A DNA stretch of 64,000 nucleotides from NCBI GenBank assembly GCA_022509045.1, contig JAFLTZ010000002.1, positions 2,017-66,016 of the forward strand. Direction: 5' to 3'. The notes below the pieces were generated by a model, which made no database searches, was not told the DNA's origin, and saw only the letters and a program-made list of their open reading frames with translations. Shown here in pieces: positions 1 through 10,749 of the stretch; within the stretch, counting starts at the first letter, position 1, and each line of letters starts with the position of its first letter. The position numbers and the translations under genes are program-made. This DNA comes from Muribaculaceae bacterium. GTDB lineage: Bacteria; Bacteroidota; Bacteroidia; Bacteroidales; Muribaculaceae.

Positions 1-1716
1 TACCGTTCGAAAAAGAATCGTTCTTATAAATTGGTGTCGAGAATTACTCCCGCCGAATTCGACAGAATGAAGAAATTCCCTTTCTTAAATCGTAGAAGTG
101 CTCGAAATTTCTTCTACAAAGAAGATATATCTGTCAGAATTAAGCCTTTCGGAAAAATGGCTTCTCGTAGTATTGGTAAAGTTGGGTTCTACAGAAACGA
201 TACTCTAATGTTTGCCGACAAAAAAAAGCACGGAATTTCCGGGCTGGAAATGGCTCTCGATACATTGCTTTATGGTGTCCCGGGTATTGCTACAAATATC
301 AATTTGAACAACCGGATGGTTAAATATGCCACTACTCCTGCTTTGCGGGGGCGGGATATCAAGACCACTATTGATGTCGATATTCAGGACATCGTCGAAG
401 AAGAACTTTACTCCATGTGTGTTGAAAGTAATGCCGATTGGGGTACCGCTATCCTTATGGAGGTCGCCACGGGTGAGATTAAGGCCATTTCAAACCTGTC
501 CCGTCGAAAAAACACCAATATTTTCGAAGAAGGCATCAACCACGCCGTACTTGGCTATGAGCCGGGGTCGGTTATGAAACCGATTTCTATGCTCGTGGCT
601 CTTGAAGATGGCATCGTCTCAAATATTGAGGATGTTATTAATACCGGATATTCTTTCCCCTATGCTGGTGGAAAACCTATTTCCGATTCTCATGGGGCCC
701 CTTCTATGAAAATTAGAGAAGTTATCGAGCGAAGCTCAAACATCGGTATGGCAAAAATCATCCTTCGAAAATATGAAAAACACCCGGGGCAGTTTTATAG
801 CAGACTCAAAGAACTTGGTTTCTTCGACAAAATGCACACTGGTATTGGGGGTGAAACAGTCCCAAAGGTCGATTCCTTAGGCGATAAAAACTGGGATAGA
901 ATCGCTCTGTCTCGAATGGCTTATGGCTATAGCACGAAAATTCCGCCGATGAGCACGCTTGCCATTTACAACGCTATTGCTAACGATGGAAAATATGTGC
1001 GTCCGCGGCTTATTAAAGAACTGATGGTCGATGGTGTCACCGATTCCGTTATTCCCGTTTCTTATATCCGTGAACAAGTTTGTTCCCCTGAAAATGCTGC
1101 AAAACTTCGCCGGATGCTTAATTCTGTCGTATGGGGAAGTCATGGCACCGCTCGTGTTTTGCAGGACCCTAAAGTTAATATTTCCGGTAAAACCGGTACC
1201 TGCTACGACCTCGTTAATGGGGGGTACGATACTTCGAAAAAGCGCCTCGCTTTCTGCGGTTTCTTCCCTTATGAGAACCCGAAATACTCTTGTATGGTCC
1301 TGATTAGCCATGCCAATCGTGGTGCTGCCCGATGCAGCGGGATGGTCCTCAAAAACGTAGCTCTGAAATTATATTCTCGAGGTCTCCTCGACAACGAAAG
1401 TAATTATGTTAAGGATTCTGGTAAACGCACCGTTTCTAAAGCAGCGGGCAGAATATATGCCGCTTCCGATGTCGATTTGTCGAATATTGCTGTTACGAAT
1501 ATGGGCATTAACAATGCCGTTAGAATCAAATCGCGTGGCTCTCATTCCAATATACCGGATGTGCGTGGATTAGGGTTGAGAGATGCCGTTAATCTTCTCG
1601 AAAGCTCCGGATTGAAAGTAAAATTCCGTGGTTCTGGATATGTCGTTTCTCAAAGCATTAATCCTGGAGACTCCATCCCCGATAATAAAGAAATTAATAT
1701 CGTTTTGAAGATTTGA
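1..1716 (+). CDS. ftsI: Penicillin-binding protein 3 / FtsI transpeptidase. It is 5'-truncated by the window edge and has a C-terminal PASTA-like domain.
   Basis: The frame is open from nt 1 (no stop before the TTG at 31). Transpeptidase motifs are present: SxxK (GSVMKP), SxN (SSN) and KTG (SGKTGT). The C-terminal 55 aa (IPDVRGLGLRDAVNLLESSGLKV...) look PASTA-like. It lies first in the dcw gene order. Confidence 0.9.
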   Translation, partial: YRSKKNRSYKLVSRITPAEFDRMKKFPFLNRRSARNFFYKEDISVRIKPFGKMASRSIGKVGFYRNDTLMFADKKKHGISGLEMALDTLLYGVPGIATNINLNNRMVKYATTPALRGRDIKTTIDVDIQDIVEEELYSMCVESNADWGTAILMEVATGEIKAISNLSRRKNTNIFEEGINHAVLGYEPGSVMKPISMLVALEDGIVSNIEDVINTGYSFPYAGGKPISDSHGAPSMKIREVIERSSNIGMAKIILRKYEKHPGQFYSRLKELGFFDKMHTGIGGETVPKVDSLGDKNWDRIALSRMAYGYSTKIPPMSTLAIYNAIANDGKYVRPRLIKELMVDGVTDSVIPVSYIREQVCSPENAAKLRRMLNSVVWGSHGTARVLQDPKVNISGKTGTCYDLVNGGYDTSKKRLAFCGFFPYENPKYSCMVLISHANRGAARCSGMVLKNVALKLYSRGLLDNESNYVKDSGKRTVSKAAGRIYAASDVDLSNIAVTNMGINNAVRIKSRGSHSNIPDVRGLGLRDAVNLLESSGLKVKFRGSGYVVSQSINPGDSIPDNKEINIVLKI

Positions 1717-1717
1717 T

Positions 1718-3187
1718 ATGAAAAATATTTCTCTCAAAGAGTTATTGCAATCCTATCATCAGATTATCAATGTTTATGGTGATTTTGATTCTTGCGTTTC
1801 TGGCGTAGAATTTGATTCTCGTCGCATCAAACCTGGATTCTTGTTTATCGCCATTAACGGTACGGCTGTCGATGGTCACAATTTTATTCCCGACGTGATT
1901 AACGCCGGCGCTAAAGCGGTTGTTTGCGAAATCCTTCCCCAAACGCTAATCGATAATGTTTGCTATATTCTTGTCGAGAGCTCCGCTGCCGCTTGTGGGC
2001 ACATCGCTTCTCAATGGTACGGTAATCCCTCTCGTAAACTCATTCTCACTGGGGTTACCGGTACTAATGGCAAAACCACAATCGCCACTTTGCTTTATGA
2101 GATGGCTCGTATGTCGGGATATAAAGCGGGTTTGCTTTCCACTGTTTGCAATTATATTGATGATGTTCCGGTTGAGGCAACACAAACAACCCCCGACCCT
2201 CTGACAATCAATCGCCTCCTTTGCGAAATGGTCAACGCCGGATGCAAATATGCGTTTATGGAAGTTAGTAGCCATGCTGCCGTGCAATGCCGCATCGATG
2301 GACTGCATTTCAAATGTGGTATCTTCACTAATCTTTCTCGCGATCATCTTGATTATCATAAAACAACTCAAAACTATATAGCCGCAAAGAAGAGATTTTT
2401 CGACCTCCTCCCCGATGATGCTGTCGCTATTACTAATATCGACGATTCAAATGGAAATGTCATGCTCCAGAATACGAAAGCTCGGAAATTCTCATATTCC
2501 ATGCGTACTCTTGCCGATTTCCATGGAAAAATCATAGAATCTCGGCTCGATGGTTCGATTCTTCAAATCAATGGTAGAGAAGTTGATGTCATGTTTGTGG
2601 GTGCGTTCAATGCCTACAACCTGTTGGCTGTTTTTGCTGCCGCTTCATTGATTGAGCTCCCGAATGACACTCTGCTAATCAATCTCAGCCGACTTGTTCC
2701 CGTTGCCGGTAGATTTCAGATTTTTCAAACACCATCTAAAGTATCCGCTGTCGTAGATTATGCCCACACCCCGGATGCAATTAAAAACGTGCTTGATACT
2801 ATACGTAGCATACAAGGTGTTCACAACATAATTTCTGTGGTTGGCGCCGGTGGTAATCGCGACAAAGGAAAACGACCGATTATGACTCGTGAAGCTCTAA
2901 ATGGTAGCAATTTGGTTATACTGACTTCCGATAATCCTCGTAACGAAAAGCCGGAGGATATCATCGAAGATATGAAACAAAATTTGACCACACAGGATAC
3001 TTCGCGTATTTTGGAGATTATCGACCGACGACAAGCTATTCTCACAGCTCTAAAAATGGCACACCCGGGCGATGTGGTGTTGATTGCCGGGAAAGGGCAT
3101 GAATGTTATCAGGAAATAAATGGAGTGAAACACCATTTCGATGACCGCGAGATTGTCGTTCAATTCATCAATTCGTTTAATCTGTAA
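1718..3187 (+). CDS. murE: UDP-N-acetylmuramoyl-L-alanyl-D-glutamate--2,6-diaminopimelate ligase
   Basis: Mur ligase P-loop GVTGTNGKTT and a DNPR motif (TSDNPRNE). The ATG lies 2 nt after the ftsI stop. Position fits the dcw cluster. Confidence 0.93.
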   Translation: MKNISLKELLQSYHQIINVYGDFDSCVSGVEFDSRRIKPGFLFIAINGTAVDGHNFIPDVINAGAKAVVCEILPQTLIDNVCYILVESSAAACGHIASQWYGNPSRKLILTGVTGTNGKTTIATLLYEMARMSGYKAGLLSTVCNYIDDVPVEATQTTPDPLTINRLLCEMVNAGCKYAFMEVSSHAAVQCRIDGLHFKCGIFTNLSRDHLDYHKTTQNYIAAKKRFFDLLPDDAVAITNIDDSNGNVMLQNTKARKFSYSMRTLADFHGKIIESRLDGSILQINGREVDVMFVGAFNAYNLLAVFAAASLIELPNDTLLINLSRLVPVAGRFQIFQTPSKVSAVVDYAHTPDAIKNVLDTIRSIQGVHNIISVVGAGGNRDKGKRPIMTREALNGSNLVILTSDNPRNEKPEDIIEDMKQNLTTQDTSRILEIIDRRQAILTALKMAHPGDVVLIAGKGHECYQEINGVKHHFDDREIVVQFINSFNL

Positions 3188-3198
3188 TTTTTAAGTAT

Positions 3199-4464
3199 AT
3201 GCTTTATTATCTTGCTCAATATCTTGATAAACTCGGTGTCCCGGGTATGAGATTGATGGACTACATCACATTTCGTGCCGGTGCCGCGGTTATCATCTCA
3301 ATCTTCATCGCTCTGATTATTGGTAAAAAAATTATAGAACGGCTGCAGTTGATGCAGGTGGGTGAAATTGTTCGTGATCTCGGACTCGAAGGGCAGATGA
3401 GTAAAAAAGGAACTCCCACTATGGGGGGGATTATAATCATTATTTCAATTCTGATTCCGTGTCTGTTGCTCGGAAAACTCGACAATGTGTACATGTTGCT
3501 CATGATTGTTGCCACTATTTGGCTCGGAGTTCTGGGATTTGCCGATGATTATATCAAAGTGGCTCATCACGACAAAGAAGGGCTTAAAGGTAAATTCAAA
3601 ATTGTCGGTCAGGTAGGGTTAGGACTTATTGTCGGATTGACTATGCTCCTTAATTCTCAGATTGTAATGCGTGAAAATGTTGAAATTGTAAACGTAGAAA
3701 ATAGTCACGTTGAAATTACACATAAACCGGAAAATGTAAAAACCACTCAAACCACTATCCCATTTGTGAAAAATAACAACTTCGACTATGCTTACATTAC
3801 GGGATGGATGGGAAAATATGCTCAATCCGGTGGTTGGATTGTATTCATTCTGGTTACAATTTTTGTCGTTACGGCTGTGAGCAATGGTGCAAACCTCACC
3901 GACGGTCTCGATGGACTTGCTACCGGAATTTCGGCCATTATTGCCACCGCTCTCGCTATTATGTGCTATCTTGGTGGTAATGTAATATATGCTACTTATC
4001 TCGACATTATGTATATTCCCGGGAGTGAAGAACTTGTAGTATTTGCTGCCGCCTTCATCGGTGCGCTTATCGGGTTCCTTTGGTACAATTCTTATCCTGC
4101 ACAGGTGTTCATGGGTGATACGGGGTCTTTAACTATTGGCGGTATTATTGCCGTATTTGCCATCCTTATCCGCAAAGAACTGCTTGTCCCGATTCTTTGC
4201 GCTATCTTCTTTTTTGAAGATTTGTCGGTGATTATCCAAGTCGCGTATTTCAAGTTTACAAAAAGAAAATATGGAGTAGGAAAACGGATTTTCAAAATGA
4301 CTCCGCTTCATCATCATTTCCAAAGGGCTCTCCCTGCCGATGGTTCGAGTGTGTTGATTAAGCATCCGGTAAATCCTATCGCCGAACCGAAAATTGTTAC
4401 GAGATTTTTCATTGTAGCTATTTTTCTTGCTGTTATCACTTTCGTTACTTTAAAAATTCGTTGA
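3199..4464 (+). CDS. mraY: Phospho-N-acetylmuramoyl-pentapeptide transferase
   Basis: Polytopic membrane protein with the MraY motifs ADDYIKV, NLTDGLDGLA, MGDTGS and PLHHHF. Confidence 0.95.
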   Translation: MLYYLAQYLDKLGVPGMRLMDYITFRAGAAVIISIFIALIIGKKIIERLQLMQVGEIVRDLGLEGQMSKKGTPTMGGIIIIISILIPCLLLGKLDNVYMLLMIVATIWLGVLGFADDYIKVAHHDKEGLKGKFKIVGQVGLGLIVGLTMLLNSQIVMRENVEIVNVENSHVEITHKPENVKTTQTTIPFVKNNNFDYAYITGWMGKYAQSGGWIVFILVTIFVVTAVSNGANLTDGLDGLATGISAIIATALAIMCYLGGNVIYATYLDIMYIPGSEELVVFAAAFIGALIGFLWYNSYPAQVFMGDTGSLTIGGIIAVFAILIRKELLVPILCAIFFFEDLSVIIQVAYFKFTKRKYGVGKRIFKMTPLHHHFQRALPADGSSVLIKHPVNPIAEPKIVTRFFIVAIFLAVITFVTLKIR

Positions 4465-4483
4465 TATTGTTTTTCCATAAAGT

Positions 4484-5842
4484 ATGAGTACAGATAATTT
4501 TAATTTCAAACGTAGATTGGTAATTCTTGGAGGGGGAGAAAGTGGTGTGGGTGCTGCTGTTCTTGCTGCTAAAAAGGGTTTTGATGTATGGCTCTCCGAC
4601 ATGGGTAATATTGCTGACAAATACAAAGATGTTCTTAACGAATACAATATCCCATGGGAAGAAGGTTCTCATACCGAATCTAAAATTATTGCGGCTCACG
4701 AGGTTGTAAAAAGCCCCGGAATTCCCGATAAAGCCCCCATTATTCAAAAAATCAAGAGTAAAAATATTCCTATTATCAGCGAAATAGAGTTTGCCGGAAG
4801 ATACACCGATGCAAAAATGGTTTGCATCACAGGTAGTAATGGTAAAACTACAACTACTCTACTCACGTATCATATCCTTAAGCAAGCCGGTATCAACGTC
4901 GGATTGGCGGGGAATGTCGGAAAAAGTCTTGCTTTCCAGGTTGCCACTTGCAATTACGATGTTTATGTGATTGAGCTCAGCAGCTTTCAGCTCGACAATA
5001 TGTACGATTTCAAGGCAAATATTGCTGTAATTATGAATATCACACCCGACCATCTCGACAGATATGATTATAAAATGGAAAATTATGTGAATGCTAAATT
5101 CCGTATCCTTCGTAATCAAACTACCGACGATGCCATTATTTTCTGGCAGGATGATCCTATTATTCGTTCTCAAATCGAGGCGTTGCATATCGAAGCCCAC
5201 AAGCTCCCTTTTGGTGAATCACGTTCTGCACAATCTTGTGCTTGGGTGGAGAATGAGATGCTGATGTGCAATGTTGGGGATAATTCTTTTGCCATTCCGC
5301 GTGATGAGTTGGCATTGCCCGGATTACATAATCTATATAATTCAATGGCGGCTTCTCTATCTGCAATGTTACTCAATATTAGAAACGAAGATATAAAGCA
5401 GGCTCTTTCTGATTTCGAAGCTGTTGAGCACCGGTTGGAATATGTTAGAACTGTTAAGGGTGTGAGGTATATAAACGATTCTAAGGCCACGAATGTTAAT
5501 TCCACTTGGTATGCGCTTGAAAGTATGACTACTCCCACCGTGTTGATTCTTGGAGGAAAGGATAAAGGTAACGATTATTCGGAGATAGAGGAATTTGTTA
5601 AGCAGAAGGTCAAAGCCATCGTATGTTTGGGCAAAGATAATCAGAAATTGCTCGATTTTTTCTCTGGAAAAGTTCCGGTCATAGCCGACACTCATTCCAT
5701 ACAGGAGGCGGTGGATAAAGCTTCGGAATTTGCTTCCGAAGGCGATACTGTGCTACTTTCTCCATGTTGTGCAAGTTTCGACCTTTTCAAAAGTTATGAA
5801 GATCGTGGAACACAGTTCAAAAATATTGTAAATAATCTGTAA
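4484..5842 (+). CDS. murD: UDP-N-acetylmuramoylalanine--D-glutamate ligase
   Basis: N-terminal Rossmann motif GGGESGVG and Mur ligase P-loop ITGSNGKTTT. Position fits the dcw cluster. Confidence 0.93.
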   Translation: MSTDNFNFKRRLVILGGGESGVGAAVLAAKKGFDVWLSDMGNIADKYKDVLNEYNIPWEEGSHTESKIIAAHEVVKSPGIPDKAPIIQKIKSKNIPIISEIEFAGRYTDAKMVCITGSNGKTTTTLLTYHILKQAGINVGLAGNVGKSLAFQVATCNYDVYVIELSSFQLDNMYDFKANIAVIMNITPDHLDRYDYKMENYVNAKFRILRNQTTDDAIIFWQDDPIIRSQIEALHIEAHKLPFGESRSAQSCAWVENEMLMCNVGDNSFAIPRDELALPGLHNLYNSMAASLSAMLLNIRNEDIKQALSDFEAVEHRLEYVRTVKGVRYINDSKATNVNSTWYALESMTTPTVLILGGKDKGNDYSEIEEFVKQKVKAIVCLGKDNQKLLDFFSGKVPVIADTHSIQEAVDKASEFASEGDTVLLSPCCASFDLFKSYEDRGTQFKNIVNNL

Positions 5843-5863
5843 TCGCATTAGTTGGTGTTTTCT

Positions 5864-7306
5864 ATGGTTGACAATGAATTTAACGATATAGTTCCTGAAA
5901 ATAAAACTTCTGATACTGCTGCTGCAGCTGTTGCCGAACTCAACACTCAGAATCAAAATGTATCGCCTGTGCGAAGATTTGGCGACCCGTATCTCTGGGG
6001 AATATATATTTTTCTTTGCCTCGTTTCACTTGTTATCACTTACGATGCTTCTGGACGGGAAATTAAAGGGGCTAATGTCTTTGCTCCTTTGATTAAACAA
6101 GGTATTTTCCTTGCGCTTGGGGCCTCCATAGCTTTTTTCATTCAAAAAATCGATTACAAAAAGATTATTAGGGTTATCCCATATTTTGCACTTGTCACAT
6201 TTGTTGGCCTTTTCTATGTCGATCAGTTTGGTGAGGTTATTAATGGTGCGCAGCGACACATCTCAATAATGGGATTTTCAATTCAACCCACCGAGATGGC
6301 AAAACTTGCGGTTGTTCTTCTGCTTGCCTGGATTATGGCGCGAAATCAGATGGAAAACGGAGTGCGTTGGACCGGAATTTATCTTTGTTTCTTTGTTATT
6401 GGTATGTTTGGATACTTTCTTGTTAAACAAGGGCTTACCAATACTCTTCTTTTGATGTCCATTACTGTTGCAATGATTTTGATTAGTGGTACACAGTGGC
6501 GCAAGATTTTTACTTTGCTTGGTATTTTCTCTGTATTGATTCTGTTCTTTCTCGGAGTGATGCTTATGCGGAATGCTTTTGATGATACTCCGGAAAGCGA
6601 CCCGATTACATCCGGAATTATTGCGAGCAATGTTTCTCCGATGGTGGAAGAGGCTGATTCTGCATTACATAATAGCTTTATTATCAGGGCTATTGACGCT
6701 GCTGAAGAAATTATAGTACCATATATTCCTCGTTTTGAAACTCATGCGTCGCGCTTGCGTGATTTCTTTGATCCTCGACCGCTTTACACGCGACCTTTCA
6801 CCGAAAAAAATAATCAGGAAATGTTTGCCACTATGGCTCAGGCTTCTGGCGGTGCGGGTAATATCGGTATTGGCAACTCAAAATATAGCAGTATGCTCCC
6901 GTTAGCATTTTCCGACTACGTTTTCTCTATTATTGTCGAAGATACTGGCATGATTGGTGGTGTGCTTCTGTTGATTGTGTATCTGTTGATTCTTGCCCGT
7001 GCCGGTAATATTGCTCAGAAATGCAAAAAAGCAATCCCCGCTTTGATTGTTATTGGTTTGGCCTTTATGATTGTAATTCAAGCGCTTTTCCACATGGCTA
7101 TCAACACCGGGGTTTTCCCGGTTTCCGGTCAACCGTTACCTCTTATATCTATGGGTGGTACATCGATTCTTATCATTTCAATTGCATTTGGAATCATGCA
7201 AAGTGTTTGTCGCACTGCACGTATGACTACCGACAAGAAAGCCGATATAAATGCCGAAATGGAGTCTTTGCCGGTTGAAATGAGAGCCGATAATAGTGCT
7301 AATTAA
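5864..7306 (+). CDS. ftsW: SEDS-family peptidoglycan glycosyltransferase FtsW
   Basis: Polytopic protein with SEDS motifs (PTEMAKL, SGQPLPLISMGGTS). The ORF-track start at 5852 is TTG, so I chose the first ATG at 5864. Confidence 0.9.
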   Translation: MVDNEFNDIVPENKTSDTAAAAVAELNTQNQNVSPVRRFGDPYLWGIYIFLCLVSLVITYDASGREIKGANVFAPLIKQGIFLALGASIAFFIQKIDYKKIIRVIPYFALVTFVGLFYVDQFGEVINGAQRHISIMGFSIQPTEMAKLAVVLLLAWIMARNQMENGVRWTGIYLCFFVIGMFGYFLVKQGLTNTLLLMSITVAMILISGTQWRKIFTLLGIFSVLILFFLGVMLMRNAFDDTPESDPITSGIIASNVSPMVEEADSALHNSFIIRAIDAAEEIIVPYIPRFETHASRLRDFFDPRPLYTRPFTEKNNQEMFATMAQASGGAGNIGIGNSKYSSMLPLAFSDYVFSIIVEDTGMIGGVLLLIVYLLILARAGNIAQKCKKAIPALIVIGLAFMIVIQALFHMAINTGVFPVSGQPLPLISMGGTSILIISIAFGIMQSVCRTARMTTDKKADINAEMESLPVEMRADNSAN

Positions 7307-7322
7307 TGTTTGAACTATCAGT

Positions 7323-8435
7323 ATGAACGATAATAATTCTCCGAAAGTAATTATAAGTGGTGGTGGCACCGGTGGGCATATTTTCCCGGCTCTATCCATC
7401 GCTACTGGCATCATGCGTAGATATCCACAAGCAAAAATTCTTTTTGTAGGGGCTATCGGGCGTATGGAGATGGAAAAAGTTCCTGAAGCTGGTTTTGATA
7501 TTGTTGGTCTGCCGGTTATGGGGTTTGACCGTAAACACCTGTTGCGAAATTTTAAGGTGCTTTTTTGCGTATATAAAAGTCTGAGATTGGCAAAAAAAAT
7601 ATTACGAGAGTTTAACCCTGATATAGCTGTTGGAGTTGGAGGTTATGCAAGTGGGCCTATGCTTAAAGTGGCTCAGAATGTAGGTGTACCCACTTTGATT
7701 CAAGAGCAGAATTCCTATCCTGGAGTCACTAATAAAATGCTCTGTGCTAAAGCCGATGCTGTGTGTGTTGCTTATCATGGTCTGGAAAAATTTTTCCCGG
7801 CTGATAAAATTGTCTTCACTGGAAATCCTGTACGACAGGAATTAGTTGAATCAGAACTCTCTCCGCAACAGGCTCGCTTAAAACTTGGTCTTAACCCGGA
7901 TTTGCCCACCATTCTCGTTGTTGGCGGGAGTTTGGGTGCTCGTACTATCAATCATAGTATTGGCACGCACATTACCTCCTTGGCGAAATCCAATATACAA
8001 GTCCTTTGGCAATGCGGAAAACAAGGAATAGAGTATGCCGATACCATGTTGAAAGAGAATCCTGCTACAAATATTAAGGCATCGGCATTCATTTATGATA
8101 TGGCTGCCGCTTACAGAGCGGCCTCTATTGTGATATCGCGAGCTGGCGCAAGTAGCATTTCAGAACTGCAATTGTTAGGTAAACCTGTAATTTTTGTCCC
8201 ATCTCCTAATGTCGCAGAAGATCATCAAACCCACAATGCCATGGCGTTGGTTAAAAATGATGCGGCTATTCTTGTCAAAGATTCTGATGCACAAGCATCA
8301 CTTGTCGATGTGGCTTTACAACTGATAAATGACAATGACAGATTACTTGCTCTTTCTGAAAATATTTCTAAAATGGCAAAAAATAATGCAGTTGATGATA
8401 TTGTGGACTGTATCTCTCGAATAATTGATAAATAA
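7323..8435 (+). CDS. murG: UDP-N-acetylglucosamine--N-acetylmuramyl-(pentapeptide) pyrophosphoryl-undecaprenol GlcNAc transferase
   Basis: N-terminal GGGTGGHIFPALSIA motif, GT28 architecture, and dcw position. Confidence 0.94.
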   Translation: MNDNNSPKVIISGGGTGGHIFPALSIATGIMRRYPQAKILFVGAIGRMEMEKVPEAGFDIVGLPVMGFDRKHLLRNFKVLFCVYKSLRLAKKILREFNPDIAVGVGGYASGPMLKVAQNVGVPTLIQEQNSYPGVTNKMLCAKADAVCVAYHGLEKFFPADKIVFTGNPVRQELVESELSPQQARLKLGLNPDLPTILVVGGSLGARTINHSIGTHITSLAKSNIQVLWQCGKQGIEYADTMLKENPATNIKASAFIYDMAAAYRAASIVISRAGASSISELQLLGKPVIFVPSPNVAEDHQTHNAMALVKNDAAILVKDSDAQASLVDVALQLINDNDRLLALSENISKMAKNNAVDDIVDCISRIIDK

Positions 8436-8443
8436 AACTGATA

Positions 8444-9832
8444 ATGGACTTTAACAATATAGAATCTGTATATTTTGTTGGTGCCGGTGGTATTGGCATG
8501 GCTGCTTTGGAGCGATATTTCCTTTCTCGCGGTATAAAAGTTGCAGGTTACGACCGCACCCCGTCCGACCTTACAGAAGAATTGCAAAAAGAAGGGGTGG
8601 AGATTGTTTATGTTGATGATGTGGATTTAATTCCTGAGTGGTGTCGAAATCCATTATCTACGCTTGTTGTTTACACTCCGGCGGTCTCTGATTCACATGC
8701 CGGTTTGCAATATTTCAGAAACAACGGATTTGAAGTTGTTAAACGTGCACAACTGTTAGGTATTATTACAAAACAAAGTAAATCATTATGTTTTGCCGGA
8801 ACTCATGGCAAAACCACTACTTCCTCAATGGCTGCACATATTCTTCACACTTCACCTATTGGGTGTAATGCGTTTTTGGGGGGTATATTAAAAAATTACA
8901 ATAGCAACCTTCTGTTGTCGCCCACAAGTGAATTTACTGTTGCCGAAGCCGATGAATTCGACCGCTCATTCCATTGGCTTAATCCATATATCGCACTTAT
9001 TACAGCCACCGACCCCGACCACTTGGATATATATGGGAATGAAGATGCATACGTTGAAAGTTTTGCTCGGTTTACAGAATTGATAGCGCCTGGTGGAACA
9101 TTGATATTGCATACCGGTACAAAACTTATACCGCGTACCCACAAGGATGTCACCATATATTCTTATTCGGTTTCTGATGGCGATTTCCATGCAGAGAATA
9201 TTAAAATTGGGAATGGAACTATCACATTCGATTTTGTGGCTCCCGATGGTAGAATTGATAACATTTCACTTGGTGTGCCGGTGGAAATAAATATTGATAA
9301 TGCCGTTGGCGCTATTGCGGTGTGTTATGTTGCAGGCGTAGATTCGCAAAGCATACGCCGGGCTATGGCTTCTTTTCAAGGGCCTAAACGTCGTTTCGAG
9401 TTCTGGTTAAAAGAAGAAGGTGATAATGGTAAAGTTATTATCGACGATTATGCACACCATCCCGATGAATTGAAAGCTGCAATTAAATCTGTAAAAGCGA
9501 TTTACCCGAATCGCAAACTCACGGTTGCTTTTCAGCCTCATCTTTATTCGAGAACACGCGATTTCGCTCCGCAGTTTGCCGAGGCTTTATCTCTTGCCGA
9601 CAGTGTTGTTCTGCTTGATATATATCCGGCTCGTGAGCTGCCTATTGAGGGTGTGTCGTCAGAAATCATTTTCAATGATATAAAAACTCCGCTTAAATAT
9701 CTTTGCTCTAAAGATAAATTGGTTAATACACTTAAAAATATTAACTTTGATGTGTTGTTAGTTACAGGTGCCGGCGATATTGTAAATTTATTGCCTGAAA
9801 TCTGTAAAACCTTTCGTGTTGAATCTAAGTGA
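8444..9832 (+). CDS. murC: UDP-N-acetylmuramate--L-alanine ligase
   Basis: N-terminal VGAGGIGMAALE and Mur ligase P-loop GTHGKTTTSSM. Position fits the dcw cluster. Confidence 0.94.
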   Translation: MDFNNIESVYFVGAGGIGMAALERYFLSRGIKVAGYDRTPSDLTEELQKEGVEIVYVDDVDLIPEWCRNPLSTLVVYTPAVSDSHAGLQYFRNNGFEVVKRAQLLGIITKQSKSLCFAGTHGKTTTSSMAAHILHTSPIGCNAFLGGILKNYNSNLLLSPTSEFTVAEADEFDRSFHWLNPYIALITATDPDHLDIYGNEDAYVESFARFTELIAPGGTLILHTGTKLIPRTHKDVTIYSYSVSDGDFHAENIKIGNGTITFDFVAPDGRIDNISLGVPVEINIDNAVGAIAVCYVAGVDSQSIRRAMASFQGPKRRFEFWLKEEGDNGKVIIDDYAHHPDELKAAIKSVKAIYPNRKLTVAFQPHLYSRTRDFAPQFAEALSLADSVVLLDIYPARELPIEGVSSEIIFNDIKTPLKYLCSKDKLVNTLKNINFDVLLVTGAGDIVNLLPEICKTFRVESK

Positions 9833-10686
9833 AACTGAATAAAGAGAAAATAAAACAGATATTTATTGGCATCGGTAAGTGCCTGTCGATTCTGCTATTG
9901 CTTGTTGCAATAGTAGCCGGAGTTTTGTGGGGCAATAATGTTGCTGCAGAACGTGTTTGCCAAAAGATGGAAATTACCGTGCATCGTGTTGATACTCTTG
10001 CATTCCTCACTCCGGAACTTGTGTTATCCGATATCATCAAGGCGGGTATGGACGCAAAAGGTGTGAAAGTCGATGAATACAATTCCTACGATTTGCAAAA
10101 GATGCTGAACAACAGCGACTATATTGAAGAAGCTTCATGCGTATTCCTTTCCAACAATGTTCTGAATGTGAATGTGAAGCAGATTATTCCGGTGATGAGA
10201 GTATTTGCTACTGATGGTAGTAGTTCATACTACAATGCAATCGGAAAGCGTATTGATGCGTCTCTAAAGTTTCATGTTGATGTCCCTTTATTTGTTGGGG
10301 TTAATCTCGCCGACACCGCAGCCATTTCAGATTACATCAGGTTGGCAAACTATATAATCGAACATAAGGAACTGTATGGCTATGTAACTGCGATTAATGT
10401 AAAAGATGCTGACAACGTGATTATAGTTCCCAATGTTCGAGGACATGTGATTAATTTCGGAAATATTAGTCACGGTTCTTTTGATAATAAATTTGCCAAG
10501 ATTAAGCAAATTTATAAAGAAGTTATTCCTCATAGTGGTTGGTGGATGTATGATACTATTTCGGTGAAATGGAAACATCAGATAGTGGCATCTCGGAGAA
10601 ATTATAGAAAGGCACCGTTACCCGACTTTTCTTCCGATGAAGAGGACGAAGCGCCTGATATTGCTTCTATAACTATTGGTGAATAA
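9829..10686 (+). CDS. ftsQ: Cell division protein FtsQ (single N-terminal TM helix, POTRA-type periplasmic part, acidic C-terminal tail)
   Basis: The GTG start overlaps the murC stop (GTGA). There is one TM helix (ILLLLVAIVAGVLW). The gene sits between murC and ftsA. The call rests mainly on synteny. Confidence 0.75.
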   Translation: MKLNKEKIKQIFIGIGKCLSILLLLVAIVAGVLWGNNVAAERVCQKMEITVHRVDTLAFLTPELVLSDIIKAGMDAKGVKVDEYNSYDLQKMLNNSDYIEEASCVFLSNNVLNVNVKQIIPVMRVFATDGSSSYYNAIGKRIDASLKFHVDVPLFVGVNLADTAAISDYIRLANYIIEHKELYGYVTAINVKDADNVIIVPNVRGHVINFGNISHGSFDNKFAKIKQIYKEVIPHSGWWMYDTISVKWKHQIVASRRNYRKAPLPDFSSDEEDEAPDIASITIGE

Positions 10687-10749
10687 AATGTGCATCGGTG
10701 ATAAAATTGATAATTAACGAATTTCTTGATATATAATTTGTATCCTATT

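Noticed and set aside
3661-3780. Repetitive-looking DNA in mraY (GTTGAAATTGTAAACGTAGAAAAT…GTTGAAATTACA) encoding VEIVNVENSHVEITH
   Set aside because: It is a short in-frame loop insertion within an otherwise intact MraY. This looks like a lineage-specific loop rather than a mobile or regulatory element.
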